Below are positions 43,605 through 58,199 of a DNA stretch of 64,000 nt, one piece after another. The notes under the pieces were generated by a model. That model made no database searches. It was not told where the DNA came from and saw only the letters and a program-made list of their open reading frames with translations. The number at the start of each line of letters is the position of its first letter. Within the stretch, counting starts at the first letter, position 1. Location of the stretch: assembly GCA_964016885.1 (NCBI GenBank), contig OZ024743.1, positions 350,300,001 to 350,364,000 on the forward strand. Reading direction: 5' to 3'. The translations under genes and the position numbers were made by a program. Source of the DNA: Eledone cirrhosa. Taxonomy: Eukaryota.

Positions 43605-46600
43605 GGGGACAATACAAAAACCTATGGGGGGGATTTTACATACAATCGTGTAAATAAATTTTAACATACAAATTCAACAATCGAAATCCCCAATAGGGAA
43701 GGGGGTGCGCGTTACAAATGGGTTGTTTTATAGCCCTTAGATAGAACAACCCTCAACTCCAAGAGCATATTGTGCAAGTGGTCCTTTCTTTTTTTGCTCT
43801 CTTTCGCTCACCTTTCAGTAAATTTTGGCACATTCGCCCACCTTTCAATAAAAACGAAAGAGAGGCGATTTTCCTCTGTATAGTGGCATCTGTTCTCAGG
43901 TCCTCTCAACCTTGTCCACCATATAACCGCTTTCACCATAGCCACTATACAGAGGAAAATCGCCTCTCTTTCGTTTTTAAATGAATGTGGTGGTTTGATC
44001 CTTACTATGGACGAGCAAGTCAACTGGATTTGTCCCATACGCGACAGCAGTTGTTCTGCGTAGTTCCACAGGTCGGACGCCCGGGCAATGTACAATTGCG
44101 TGCAGGGCGGTTTCAATGTCCCTCTTGCATCTTAAACACGTCCTCTTTGAAGGAACCCTGTCTCGGCGCCCGTGCCTGTAGATCTTATCGCCTACTGGTA
44201 GCACAGCCAGGCCAGGGACCTTTGGAAGTTGGTCCCGGGCGGAAAGTCCTCCCGAACAGACTGGTGAAGTCGTCGTCTTCGACGCCCAGAGTCTCTCCGA
44301 GCACGTCGTCGCACTTGTTTCATACTATACCTCTATAGAATGTCGAAGTGGAGTCTCCACGGATTGCTGTGCCCGCTTGACAGAGGACTGTGAGCGCCTG
44401 AGCGCATTCAATGTGCCAGACGCCTATTTTCTTCGGTCTCCGCTTGACCCAGGACTGGAGCTCTGTCAACGAGACAAGTTGCGGTGAGGAATACCTGGAG
44501 ATGCCGTAGCCTCAGAGCGTGTTTGCGCATCATCAGTCACGTCATTCCCAGCCCTCCGTTGGAAGGGTGCTAGAAGCAGACGGATCTCCTCACCAGTTGA
44601 GCCTGCTTCTTCCAAAGGAATTGTAAGAGCATGCGTTCTATCTTGGTGAGGTATTCACGGGGACAAGGCACGACGGTCAAGCTGTAGTAGATGACAGACT
44701 CTATGAAAGTTTTCGCCAACTCCGCTCGACCTTTCAATGATAGTTTGCACTTTGCCCACTTCTGGGTGAGCGCAAATACCTTGGCCGTGACCTCGTTCCA
44801 GTTTTTCTCCACCTTGAGGTCCGGACCGAACCAGACCCCGAGCAATTTCATGGTCCTTCCGTCCAGCGTCCGACGACGCTGTGGGACGGCATCTGTTTGC
44901 CTCTCCACGTTACGAGTTGCAAACCGACAGATTTGTCCGGGTTGAGTTTTTCTCCTGTAAGCCTTTCGTATTCCTGCAGTAATTTGCTGATCGCCCCGAT
45001 TTCCGAGGTTTTCGACACCATTACTGTCACGTCGTCGGCAAAAGCCGACGCCGCTTTTCGCAGTCCCGATTCCAACGGGATGCCCTGCAAAAGCTCCAAC
45101 TTCCACAGTAGTGGCTCCAGAGTCAATACGTACAGAATGGAGGAGAAATGGCATCCATGTCGGATGGAACACGTGATTGGGAACGGCTCCGATAGGTAGC
45201 CTTTTACTTTGGCTGTCGAGCAGATGTTGGTATGCATGGCTGTGATCCAACCTCTAACGGGTCCGAAACCGGCCGCCTTGAGAATTGCTTCCAAGTATCG
45301 ATGGTTGACCCTATCAAACGCCTTAGACTGATTTAAATTAATCAGAGCCCCACCGAAGCCGGGTTCACACTCCACCTTCTCTATGATGTGTTGCATGAGG
45401 TGGAGGTTGTCGTGTATGAACCTGGTTGGAATTGCACACGTCTGAGCTTTTCCCACCAGGTTCTCGACGACAAGCGCCAGCCTTGTTGCTAACACCTTGA
45501 CTAAAATCTTTAACTCTGTGTTTAGGAAAGTTATGCGCCGGAAGTTACTTATCTCGTCCTCCTTGTTCTCGTCTTTCTTGATCAGCGTTCCTACGCCCCT
45601 GCCTACAGAACTGGGAATTCTTCCGTTCTGCTGTGGGTGATTTATATTTCCTGCAGCGGCTTAGAGCGTCCGTATCTCAGTGGCTGTGATCGGTCTTTTG
45701 CATAACTTGACGTCCATGCTCGAGATGCGCGGTAGGCCGCGTTCGGCGCCCCGCTCTGCTCAGACAGTTGCGCAATGTGCTGCTGAAAGGCCGTGCACAT
45801 CTGCGGGGAATCAAGTAGGACGCATCCGTTTTGGTCTTTCAAAGACCGAATCGTGGACTTGTTGCCACTTTTCACTTCTGCCACTCGGGCCCAGCTAACA
45901 GATTTTGCTCCCTCTTTTCCTAGAGCACGTGATCTCTTCCTGACCACACAGCCTTCGTATTTTGCATCGAAGAACTGTTATAGTGCCGTTCTCGTTGCTA
46001 GCACTCTAGCTGCGTTGCCACTCCTAAGCGGCTCCTCTACCTTGGCAACTAGTTCTCTTCCTGTTTGTCTTTCTCTAAGGCTAGTTCTTTGCTAAAAGCT
46101 ATGGACTCTACTATAATTACTCTCTTGAGAGAGCACCACCACCTATTGCTGACGATGGCTCCCGTCAACTGGTGCTTAACTAAACTACTTATCCGTCTAC
46201 TGTAGGCTTTACGCGTCGTTAACGACATGTTCAGCTTCCAGTATCCGGGTCCTTGTCTATGTCTTCTTTATGGTTGACTATGCAGATGACTAGTTTGTGG
46301 TCTGAATAGGCAACCATGTACATTTGTGGACAGCTTAACATTTTCCTGTCTCTCTTTCTAATTAAGAATCTATCTAAATACGATGTAGATGTCCCACTGC
46401 GATTTGTCCACGTCCAACTTGGTGCAGTGGGGAAATTTAGTCGATACCTATCGGCCTGTCGGAATTGGCCGATTAAATTTTTTAGGCTGTTACACCTCCT
46501 CTCCCTCTGCTGAGACATGTTCCTACATAGTCCCAACGTGCGACTAGGATACCATTCCAGCCCCCCACTAAAAGCAAGGAGCGAGACGTTCCCAGAAAGA

Positions 46601-48528
46601 CTCTAGACGCGTGTGACTTAAGGTCGTTTAAAAGTTGGCCCTGTTTCTCGGACATCCCTAGGCCACGTACATTCACACTTCCAACTCGTAAATTTGCCAT
46701 GTTGGTGTATAAGAGTTGGCGAAAAGGACGAAAAGATGCACTTACCTTTTCGTTTCCTGGAGATCGGGTTGTTCAATCTCCATTTGAGTGTCGTTGGGGG
46801 GTGTTAGGTGGGGTGGGGAAACGTTTCAAGAGAACGCGGTTAATGGGTTTTGGGCACGGGTTCCCGACGTCCTGCGAAAATTGACCCTTGAGTTTCTGGT
46901 GGATTTCCACCGAAACCCTTATCAGTTTCTACTTTGGAGTCTTTGGAGATGACCCCCATCAGGTTTTTGTTATTGGTGTTAATGTATGTGTTCTGTTTGT
47001 ATGTGTTCTCTTATATTTTTGTTGAGTTGTTTTTATTTGTTGTTCAATTGGGAGTTTTCATTTTATAATGGGTCTTTGTGTTTCGGGTGGTATTGGTGTT
47101 TGTTTTGCTGGTAGGGGGTGATTGTGGTGTTGTTTGTGTTGTTGTTTGTGTTCGTGGTTGTGTGCATGTGTTGGTGATTGGTGTTTCGGTGGCCCTGCGG
47201 TATTTCTTGTTTTTTTGGTTTTTTTATTTCCGAGGCTCTCCTTCATCCTCGCTCGGGGATGGAGAAGTAGCCTCGTCAGATGGTGAATAGTCATCAGGGG
47301 CGTGTGGGAGAGGTATATTGTGTGGTAATGGTGTGTTTGTGTGTTGTTGTTGTTGTGGTATTATTGGATGCAGTGTGATGTGGTAGGATTGTGTTTTTCA
47401 GGGGAAATGTCTGTGTTTTTTCTGTTGTTTGTGGTTGAGGAGTTGTTTGTTTTTATGTGTTTTCTTGTTTTGTGTGTTGTTGTTGTGGTGGTGGTTTTGG
47501 TGTTGGTGTGGTGAGAGTGCTTTTGTGTTTTTGTTGAAGTTTGTCTGTAAAGTACAGGAGGCCTTTAAATGCGGAACATGGAAAGCAGTGAGGCCTCCAA
47601 TCTTCAGTAGAAATGTTTACGTGGTTGTTGTTGTCTACTGGTACCCTCTCCGGTTTCTTGGAAATTATCTCTGGTTTCATCTGTACCAGGACTTCGAAAC
47701 TGGTACCAGACCATGTGTGTCTGGTTGATTTCGTAATGGAGAGGATGGTGTCCTCTCCCTCCTCTAAAAATCCTGCCACATTCCACTAAGTATTGATATT
47801 TGGTGGTATATTTTAAATTTTTATTTTTTGAGTTCTTTTTCCAAGGTATGTAGGGAAAAGGTGTAGTTTGCAGAGGTGACCGGAGTCACCGAATATTTTT
47901 GCGCGAGGGCCTCGCTTTTGAGAAGCACCGAGATGCTTCCATACTGTCTGGCCCTCTGCATAAAATCGATATCCGGCAACGCCTCCTTCAATACTGTTTC
48001 TATTTCTCTTTAACTGAGGAATGCCGGCCATTCTGGTGGTATTTGAGACTGTCCTGAAAGTGATCGTTTTTCGGAGAGTCTTATTGCAAATTTCGGGGGG
48101 GGGGTATTTTAAACCCACCCTTTTCTTCAAAAATTACAAATTTGTTCGATTGACTCAGCATCTCGCTGGCATTGGAGATGTCCAAGTCTGTAAATTGTTG
48201 TCTTTTGGCTGCTGTTTCGGTGAAAGGTATCTTTGTTGGTGTTGTTGTTGTTGTTGTCATCGTCATTTGTTTCATTTGTTTTATTGGTTTTATTTGTGGA
48301 AGTAAAATTTGTTAGTTCAGTTGTGATTCCGTCTTCAACGGCTGTTTGTGTAACTTCTGTGCTAATCTTTTTACGACAGTCATTTGCATTTGTAGCCATG
48401 GCAACAAGTTCATAGTTAAACGACTTGGCTTCATTGGAGTATATTCTCCCTTCACTAATTGCAGTAGTAGTCGCTATTAGCTTCTCTACCGCGTTTGTCT
48501 TTCACTCATGCTGTTGATTTTGCAAATA
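43605..48528 (-). mobile_element. Near full-length decayed L1/Tx1 LINE (copy B): ORF1 ~46700-48400, ORF2 APE-RT
   Basis: MANLRVGSVNVRGL, YLDRF, SDHKL, QSKAFD, FADD motifs. Confidence 0.92.
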
Positions 48529-48529
48529 A

Positions 48530-51500
48530 CGATAGATAGATTTCTTTATTTGCCACAAGGGTGCACAAGGAAAGGGGACAAAACAAAGACGCATGCTGGG
48601 GGTTTTACATACAATCGTGTAAAAATATTGAAACAAACAAATTTAACAATCGAAATCCCCAATAGAGGGGGGGGGGCAAATGGGTTCTTTTATACCCCGT
48701 AAATAGAACAACCATCAATTTGAGGAGCGTGTTGTGCAAGTGTTCCTTTCCTCCTTTCGCTCTCTTCTTCAACCTACAGGTTTATATACAGAGAAGGCCC
48801 AATCACTCGGGTCATTTTTGCCACATTCCCCCACCTTTCAGTAAATTTACAGTTGTTCTGCGTAGTTCCACAGGTGGGTTACGCCCGGGAAGTGTACAAT
48901 TGCGTGCACGACGGTTTCAATGTCCTACTCGCATCTTGGACACGTCCTCTTGGAATGATCCCTGCCGGGGCGTCCGTGTCTGTAGATCTTGTCTCGAACT
49001 GGTAGAGCTCCTCGGTAGCACTGTCAGCCCAGAGACCTCTGGAAGTTATCCATAGGTCCCGGGCGGAAAGTCCTACCAAACAGACTGGTGAGTTCGTCGT
49101 CTTCGACGCCTAGAGTCTCTCCGAGCACGTCATCGCCCTTGTGGCATACTAATCCTCTATAGAATGTCGAAGTGGAGTCTCCACTGATTGCTGTGGCCGC
49201 TTGACAGAGGACTGTGAGCGCCTGGGCGCATTCAATGTGCCAGGCGCCCATCTTCTTCGGTCTTCGCTTGACCCAGGACTGCAGCTCCGTCAGCGAGACA
49301 AGTTGAGGGAAGGCCTGTCTCACAAACGGTGCCCACACAGGTTGATCAGTGAGAAATACCTGTAGTTGCCGTATCCTCAGCGCATGTTTGCGCATCATCA
49401 GCCACGGCATTCCCAGCCCTCCGTTGGAAGGGTGCTGACAGCAGACGGATCTCCCACCAGTGGAGCCTCCTTCTTCCAAAGGAACAAGAAGAGGATGCAT
49501 TCTATCTTGGTGAGGTGTTCACGGGGACAAGGCACGACGGTCAAGCGGTAGTAGATGACGGACGTTATGAAAGTGTTCACCACCTCCGCTCGACCTTTCA
49601 AGGATAGTTTGCTCTCTGCCCACTTCTGGGTGACCGCAAATACCTTGGCCGTGACATCGTTACAGTTTCTCCCCACCTGGAAGTCCGGACCGAACCAGAC
49701 CCCGAGCAATTTCACCAGTTGGTCCGTCAACGTCCGACGATGCTGTCGGACGGCATCGGTTTGCCTCTCCACGTTCCGAGTTGCAAACCGACAGACTTGT
49801 CCCTACCAGATTCTCGACGACAAGCGCCAACCTCGTTGCCAACACCTTAGCCAAAATCTTTAACTTTGTGTTGAGCAGAGTTATGGGCCTAAAGTTGCTT
49901 AGTTTTTCCCTCTTGTTCTCGTCTTTCCTGATCAGCGTTACTACGCCTCTGCCTGCAGAACTGGGAATTCTCCCGTTCTGCTGTCAGTTGCAGTAGACGG
50001 CATCGAGGACGCCAGAGAACAAGTCCGGCATGGCTATGTGGAACTCATAGGTAGACCATCTAGACCGGGAGATTTGTGTTTCCCGCAGCGGGCCAGAGTG
50101 TCCTGTATCTCAGTGGCTGTGATCGGTCTTTCGCAGAACTCGGCGTCCATGCTCGTGAGACGCTGTACGCCGTCGAGGTATGAACCGAAGTCCATTGCCC
50201 TGTTCGACGCACCGCCACTCTGCTCGAACAGATGCGCAAAGTGCCGCTAAAAGGCCACGCACATCCGCTTGGCGTCAAGTAGCACGCGTCCGTTTAGGTC
50301 TTTCAAAGACCGAATCGTGGACTTGTTGCCACTTTTCGCCTCTGCTATTCGGGCCCAGCTAACAGCTTTTGCTCCCTCGCTTCCTAGAACACGTGATTTA
50401 TTCTGACTACGCAGCCTTCGTGTTTCGCGTCGAAGAACTGGTCCAGTGCCGTTCCCGTTGCTTGAATTCTAGCTGCGTTGCCATTCCTAAATGCCTCCTC
50501 TACCTTGGCTACTAGTTCTGTTTCTGGTTTATTTTTCTCTAAGGCTAATTCGCTGCTATAGTCTATCGACTCTACTCTAATTGCTCTCTTGAGAGAGTAC
50601 CACCATCTGTTGTTGACGATGGCTCTCGTCAACTGTTGCTTAACTAATCTACTTATCCGTTCACTATAGGCTTTACGTGTCGATAGCGACATGTTCAGCT
50701 TCCAGTATCCGGGTCCTTGTCTATGTATTCTATCTCGGTTGACTATGCAGATAACTAGTTTGTGGTCTGAATGTGCACTTGTGGACAGCTTAACATCTTC
50801 TTGTCTCTCTCTCTCTCTAATAAAGAACCTGTCTAAATACGATCTAGATGTCCCGCCGCGGTTTGTCCACGTCCACTGTGGTGCAGTCGGGAAATCTAGT
50901 CGATACCTATCTGCCAGTTGGAATTGACCGATTAAATTTGTGAGGCTGTTGCACCCCCTCTCCCTGTAATGGAATATGATCCTACATAGTCCCAACGTGC
51001 GTCTAGGATACTATTCCAGTCCCCCACCAAGAGTAAGGAGCGAGACGTTCCCAGAAAAAACTCTAGACGCTTAAAGAAGTCTGGCCGCGATTGCCCAGTC
51101 GGGGCATAAACGGCCACCAGTCTGAAAGCTCCACCTCCAATACTGTTCACGTCTAGGACTACCAGTCTACCCTCCGGGAGAAAGTGTAATTGCTGTACTT
51201 CGAGGTCCAGGTTTTCCGAAACATGACAGCCACTCCCTCTCCACCTCCTGGCTGACAGAGAGATGCGTAGATCTCTATGTCATTGAAGATGGGGGTTAGT
51301 TACTGCCTGTTGTGGATCCTGGACTCAGTGATGGCTATCACATCCATACCGTATGACCTAAGGTCGTTTAAAAGTTGGCCCTGTTTCCAGGGCATCCCTA
51401 GCTCGTAAATTAGCCATGTTGGTGGAGAAGAGTTGGCGAAATAGGACGAAAAGATGCACTTACCTTTTCGTTTCCTGGAGATCGGGTTGTTCAATCTCCA

Positions 51501-53425
51501 TTTGGGTGCTGGTGGGGGTGTTAGGTGGGGTGGGGAAACATTTTAATAGGACGTGGTTTATGGGTTTTTGACAGGGGTTGCCCACGTCCCGCGAAAATTC
51601 AGTTTTCAGTTCACTATATGTTTCCATCGAAACCCTTATCAATTTGAGGTGTGGAGACGATTCTGCTTTAACGAAAGTTTTATCCTCCGTCTCAACCTTG
51701 GGATTTTGGGAGATGACCCCCATCAAATTCTTGTTGTTGGTGTTGATGTATGCGTATTGTTGTTTTTGTTTCTGTTGTGTTCTTTTAGTTTGTTATTCGT
51801 CCGGGAGTTTTCTTTTTATGGTGGGCGCTTGTGTTTGGGGTGGTGTTGGTATTTGTTTTGCTGGTAGGGGGGGGGGGGGATTGTGGTGTTGTTTGTATTG
51901 TTGCTTGTGTCGATGGTTGTGTGTTGGTGCTGGTGATTGTGTTTGTGTGGCTTTGCGGTGCCTCTGTTTTTGTTTTTTTTATTTTCGAAGCTATCCTTCA
52001 TCTTCACTTGGGAATGAAGAAGTAGCCTCGTCTGACGATGATTCGTCATCAGGAGCTTGCGGTAGGGGTATGTTGTGTGGTAATGGTGTGTTTGTGTGTG
52101 TGTTTGTGGTAGTATTGGATGGAGTGGGTGGGAGTGTGTTCTTCGGGGGAGTTGTTTGTGTTTTTCCTGCTGTTGTTGGTTGAGTGGCTGTTTGTTTTGG
52201 AGTGCTTCCTTGTTTTGTGTGTTGTTGTTGTTGTGGTGGTGGTGGTTGTTTGGGTGTTGGTGTTGGTAACAGTATTTTTTTAATTGTTTTTTAAGGTGTC
52301 TGTAAAGTACAGGAGGCCTTTAGATGAGATGTACTGTTACATCGGAGGCAGTGTGGTCTTCTCCTTCGATCGAAATGTTGATGTGGCTGTTGTTGTCGAC
52401 CGGCACTCTTTCGGGTATTTTGAACCAGAATCTACAAATGTGTACCATACCACGTGTGTCTGGCTGATTTCTTGATGGAGAGGATGTTATCTTGTTCCAA
52501 TAAACCTGCCAGGATCCACCAAATGTTAATATTTGGTGATATGTTGGTAATTGAGTTTTTGAATGCTTTTTCCCTGGTATGTAGGGAAAAAAGTGTATTT
52601 TTTTTTACAGTATCGGTGTCACGGAATATTTTTGTGCGAGGGTCTCGCTTTTGAGGAGCACTGAAATACTACCATACTGTTTGGCCCTATGCATAAAGTC
52701 TATGTTTGGCAATATCTCCTTCAAGGTTGCTTCAATTTCCCCTTGACTGAGGAATGCTGGTCTTTTTGTTTCATTTGAAACAGTTCTGGGGGTTATGTCC
52801 TTCTAAGTGTTTCAATTCTGATTTCCGGGAGTGAGTTTATTTTAAATCCACCTTGTTCGAAAATGATGAATTTCTTCCCCTCAGACAACATTTGTCTTGC
52901 ATTAGTGATATCTATATCCTTGAAGTCTTGTTTCTTTATGACTGTTTCTGCAAAAGTAATTTTTTTCGTGTTGTTGTTGTTGTGGTTGTCAGTTTTTTCC
53001 GTTTGTAGTTGTGTCAGTTGTTTTATATTCTGTTGTTTTGGGTGTGTGTTGTACACTGTGTGGTTCAATTTTGTTTTTATTGTATACTTCACTTTCGTGA
53101 AACAAAACTTTGTTGCCATTATTCGTAGTTACATTGATACAAGCAGAGCTTGTAGTAACGTTAAAGTCTATTTCTTTCTTTCTTCTTTCTCAACGTTCGC
53201 TAGTGTTCCTTGTACGCTAGCCATTGTTGATGGCAAAATATTAAACATTGTTGGACAGTTTTTCCAAATTAATTGTCGCCCCCGTGGGGGCGAAAAATGA
53301 GATTGCCACCCAGTGACAATTCAGCCTGGGGGTTAATCTACAAAACAATGTGTTTTTTTAAACAAGAATTTCTGTTTTTTGTAAATAAATTGACAGAAAC
53401 TTACCAGCTAAATTGTGTTAACAGC
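48530..53425 (-). mobile_element. Decayed L1/Tx1 LINE (copy C), head-to-tail with B, RT core deleted
   Basis: APE motifs VYAP, GDWN, GPGYWKLN; deletion junction ~49800; AATAAA and (ATCT) tail. Confidence 0.92.
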
Positions 53426-53550
53426 TATCAGATAGATAGATAGATAGAGAAATATATGGTCTTCACATACGTACATACATACATACATACATACATACAT
53501 ACATACATACATACATACATACATACATACATACATACATACATACATAC

Positions 53551-54112
53551 ATGGTGGCTGCCAACTCGTTTTCGAGTACGGCCACCACTTTATATCCATG
53601 CAGGAGAACCCCTACCGATGCGCTGAACGAGTGTGACTTTTTAGTCCAGCCAGCAACTTGTAAACTCTGGTACAAACACTACACTTGCGACAATTATTGA
53701 CACATAGTGCTGGGCCCATGGTACCATGTAACAACAAGAGCAAAGAGATCTCCAGATATAAAGCAATGCCTGTGCCGTGAAGCTTTTATAGTGAGCAAAG
53801 GCACTGCACAAAGCCAGTCCCACTCTCTTAACCAAGATGATATTTACCAAAAAGAAGAACAAGTCAACATCATTGGATACCATCAGGGTTGCAGGTGTTA
53901 TATCAGAGTTTTCCTTCTCCTAGAATTCTGCCCTGACAAAGGCTAAGGGGTCATCTCTCCCAGTGATTTTGGATGGCCATTGGCTCTTAAGAGCTCCTTT
54001 GACATGTTTTGTTTTTAGTCCTGCAGGATGTCCAAAGTCACCCTCCTCACCAAGAAACCTTGGTGGGGTTGCCAGTTTAGTCGCCAACGACCCGACCATG
54101 AGACAGGTTAAT
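53551..54112 (-). mobile_element. Non-autonomous RTE-derived retroposon inside (TACA)n
   Basis: RTE 5'UTR-like motif, 3' hairpin GTGGC..CTCG-AAAA-CGAG..GCCAC followed by (TATG)n; no coding ORF. Confidence 0.65.
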
Positions 54113-54338
54113 AAATACATACATACATACATAAATACATACGTACGTACATACATACATAAATACATACATACATACATACATACATACATACATACAT
54201 ACATACATACATACATACATGCATGCATGCATGCATACATACATACATACATACATACATACATACATACATACATACATACATACATACATACATACAT
54301 ACATACATACATACATACATACATACATACATACATAC

Positions 54339-57300
54339 GGAATTGAGTGATACTACAAATACAGTCCTTGTAGACAACCACCCCACTCCACTGACAGACA
54401 AAGAGAATGGCCAGCTAAATCTAACAGTGAACAGCACACCAACAATTTTGCTGAAATCCATCCCACTTCCACTGAAGAACAGCAAGAAAGGTCAGCTAAC
54501 TCTAGTAGTAATTGTCACCACATCAACAACGAGGCTGAAATTCATGACTCTACTGAACAAACAGAACACCAAAAACTTGTGGACACCCTACAAGTGATAT
54601 GGAACGATATGTTTCAGGAGATACACAGCCTTAATGTGAGTGACAGACCATACAACACCAGAATCAGTAAAGAACCCACTAAATTGGAATTGGAAGCGGT
54701 GAACGAAATAGCTGGCAATTATCTGAAGGCTATACAATCTAAAGGTGTAGAAACGACATTTGAAACGCTTAATGTTTTGTTATATGTTTCAGCTGTCACA
54801 TTGCTATCATATAACACACATCTAAAACCACGCAATCAAGATACAAACAGAAAGCCTAAACCAGCGTGGATGCGAAATTTAAAAACCAAAATTTTGTCCC
54901 TGAGACGAAGTATCTCACACATCGCAGTTGTTATGAAATGCAACATAGAGAGCAACTTCACACGACACCAGGAGGACCTAAAGAAAAAGTTAGAGAGACG
55001 ATTTGGAGATACAAAATTTAAAACTTTGGACTCCACATTACACCAGTTGAAACAACAACTCACAGCTACAACAGAAAGACTAAAATATAAGTCAACAGCA
55101 CATAAACGACAAGTGCTAAATAGATTGTTTGCCAGAGATTCTAAATCAGTTTATCGCAGCTTCGGTGGCAAAAGCTCAATCCCTGTAAACGACACCCCTT
55201 CAAAAGAACTGGTTGAGAGCTACTGGAGATCTGTATGGGAAACGGATGACGGATTCAACAGACAAGCTAATTGGCTAACAGAACTGGAACAGGACTACTG
55301 CTAACATGTCCAGATAAAACAATATGACATAGATGGGTCAATACTGGAAATAGCTCTACAGAAAATGTCGAATAGGAAATCGCCAGGCCCAGACCTCATT
55401 ACAGGATACTGGCTGAAGAATTTCACTTTCTATCGGCAAGATTTCATACAGCTGTTTACAGAAACCATTAAAGGCACACAAGAACTGCCCAGATGGTTAT
55501 CAACTGCCACTACTCTCCTCATTCCCCAAAATAGCCAAACCACCCTTGCTAAAAATTATCGCCCAATAGCCTGCCAAAACATCATGTATAAATTATATAC
55601 TGGGTGCCTTAACTTGTTCTTACAGGATCACTATGCTACCAACAACATCATAACACCTGAACAAGCTGGTGGAAAGAGGGAGGTGTGGGGTTGCATAGAT
55701 CACCTACTAACTAACAAAATGATTCAGGAAAAAACAACAAAGAATCGCAGAAACATGACTGTGGTGTGGCTGGACTATCAAAAACATTTGATAGTGTACC
55801 TCATGGGTGGATTATTAAGGCTTTACAGTTAGCTAAAGTCCCAAAACGATTGGTAGCTGCTGTTGAACGCCTGACCAAGAAGTGGTACACCAATTTGATC
55901 CTTAGAGGTGAGAAGGAGCAAGTTAAGACTGATAAGATACATTACCAGAAGGGCATCTTTCAGGGCGATAGCTTGTCAGTGCTACTCTTCGTTCTCTCAC
56001 TGAATCCACTATCTTACCTACTCAGGAAACAAGGTCGACAAAGAAGTGGGCCCGGAAGTATCTCCCATCTTTTCTTTGTTGATGACCTGAAGTTGTATGG
56101 GCCAAATATCAATGACATCAAGAAACAATTGGATCTCATTACATAATTTTCAACCGACATCAAAATGAAATTTGGTGAGTCCAAGTGTGCATATTTGGCA
56201 GTAAAACGTGGAAGAGCTGTGTCCTCCTCTAGAAATCTAGAGATGAACGGCCTGACAATACAACCTCTACAGTCAGGTGACAACTACAGATATCTTGGAC
56301 AGGATGAGAATGTCAGATATGATGGACCCATAAATAAGGAGAGAACCAGAACTGAATACCTCAGAAGAGTAAAGAAAATATGGTCATCAGAACTGTCAGC
56401 ATACAACAAATATATTGCCCACAATACTTATGCTGTGCTAATTCTAACGCCAACATTTGGCCTGCTGAACTGGTCATTGCAAGAACTAAGTGAGATGGAT
56501 GTTAGAACTCGAAAACTTCTCAGTGTTACTGGGAGCTTTAACATCAATGGTGATGTGGATAGGCTATACTTCTCACGCAAGGAAGGTGGCCGGGGTCTAA
56601 AATCAATATTAACAACATATGAGACCCGGATAGTAACACTGAAGCAACACCTTCAACAGAGGAAAAAGGTTGGCAACCATCTTGCCCAGGTTTATGAGCA
56701 TGAAAAAAAAAATATCATTAGAATAGCGACTGATCTGGAGGAGAGATATGGAATAAAGCCTGATATAAATCTCTCACCCAGAGAAATCGGAAGATCCTAT
56801 TCAATGTTCAAACAAGAAAAAAAAATTGACCAATTTACAGAAAAAGTTGTGCATGGATACTTGAGGCGTAAAACACAGACCATAGAGGGGATAAACCACT
56901 CAAAAAGCCTGGCATGGAGTTCCGACAAGTTTATGACATCACACCTTGAGGGATATCTCTATGCAATACAGGAACAAGAACTCCCTATCAAATATCTGCT
57001 GCACAAAAGAGGAGGACCAGCAGCTGACAATAAATGTATGGTATGTAAAACAAAGATCGAGGATGTAAGCCACATTGTTGCCAGCTGCGAAAGAATGTCA
57101 TCTCGCTACTACCTCCCATGAGACACGATGGGATAGCTAGAACCATCTGGAACGCACTTCGGAAAACAAAATTAACAACAAACGAGGAAGAATATATTGA
57201 GATAGATGGCACTAAGGAATACTGATGGAACCTGAAAATAAAAACTGCCACCAAATTAAAGCACAACCGGCTTGATATTGTTGTTTGGGACCACACATTG

Positions 57301-57690
57301 AAAACGTGTTCTGTTGTGGAGATCAGCTGCCCACTTGATGTAAACGTTGTCAGAAAAATACAGGAGAAGGAGGACATCTACGGACCATTGATGAGGAGTT
57401 TACAAATCCAGTATCCAAGATACACCTTTAGCTTCATACCCATCATTATTGGAGCTACGGGTTATATACCAACACGCTTGGACCAAAGTATGACTGAACT
57501 TGGATTTGCGGACAAAAAGCGCAGCTCCCTAATTCATAGTCTACAAATAGCTGTGATAGCTGGCACCTTCAAAATTTGCAAAACATTCTTGCGATTCAAG
57601 GGATGACAATTTCTTTTCTTTTACAACCTTGCCACCAGGAAGGTGGCCGGTCAAAAAAATATACTCGAAATTAAGAGAAATAGATGCATA
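54339..57690 (+). mobile_element. R4/Dong-clade RLE non-LTR retrotransposon, 5'-truncated, disrupted
   Basis: KSPGPD, NYRPIAC, FDSVPH, GIFQGDSLS, FVDDLK, RKEGGRGL, QEQ, CMVC..H..C, RHD, EISCP. Confidence 0.9.
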
Positions 57691-57704
57691 CATACATGCA
57701 TATA

Positions 57705-58150
57705 AAATATCACAGAGGTGTATTTCAGGGAGACAGTCTCTCTGTGATATGAATCATCTTGTCATTAAACCCCTTGTCCTTGCTGCTCAAGAAATGTGAG
57801 GGATACATCATTGGTTCACAGGAGGACAGAAATACGGACCTAACCCATAATTTCTTTGTAGATGATCTGAAACTCTATGCCAAGAACATGGATGGAATGA
57901 AGAAAAATCTTGACCAAGGTTACAACGTTCTCAAAGGATATAGGAATGGAGTTTGGCCAAGATAAATGTTCATATATGACTGTAAAGCGGGGGAAAACAA
58001 CAATATGTTAGTAAATGCTTCAGTACAAATCTTAAGAAGCTGGGCTTCACAGAACCAGATAGAACAAGATTAGTTAGGAAATTTAAAGTACAGTCCATTA
58101 ATGGAACAGGAAAAATGTGCAAAACTTTCCATTCTGGATGTAATAATGGC
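57705..58150 (+). mobile_element. Second, internally deleted R4-like fragment
   Basis: GVFQGDSLS, THNFFVDDLKLY. Confidence 0.75.
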
Positions 58151-58199
58151 ATGTACACATGTACAGATACAAAACTAACTTGTAGAGTTATGCTGAACA

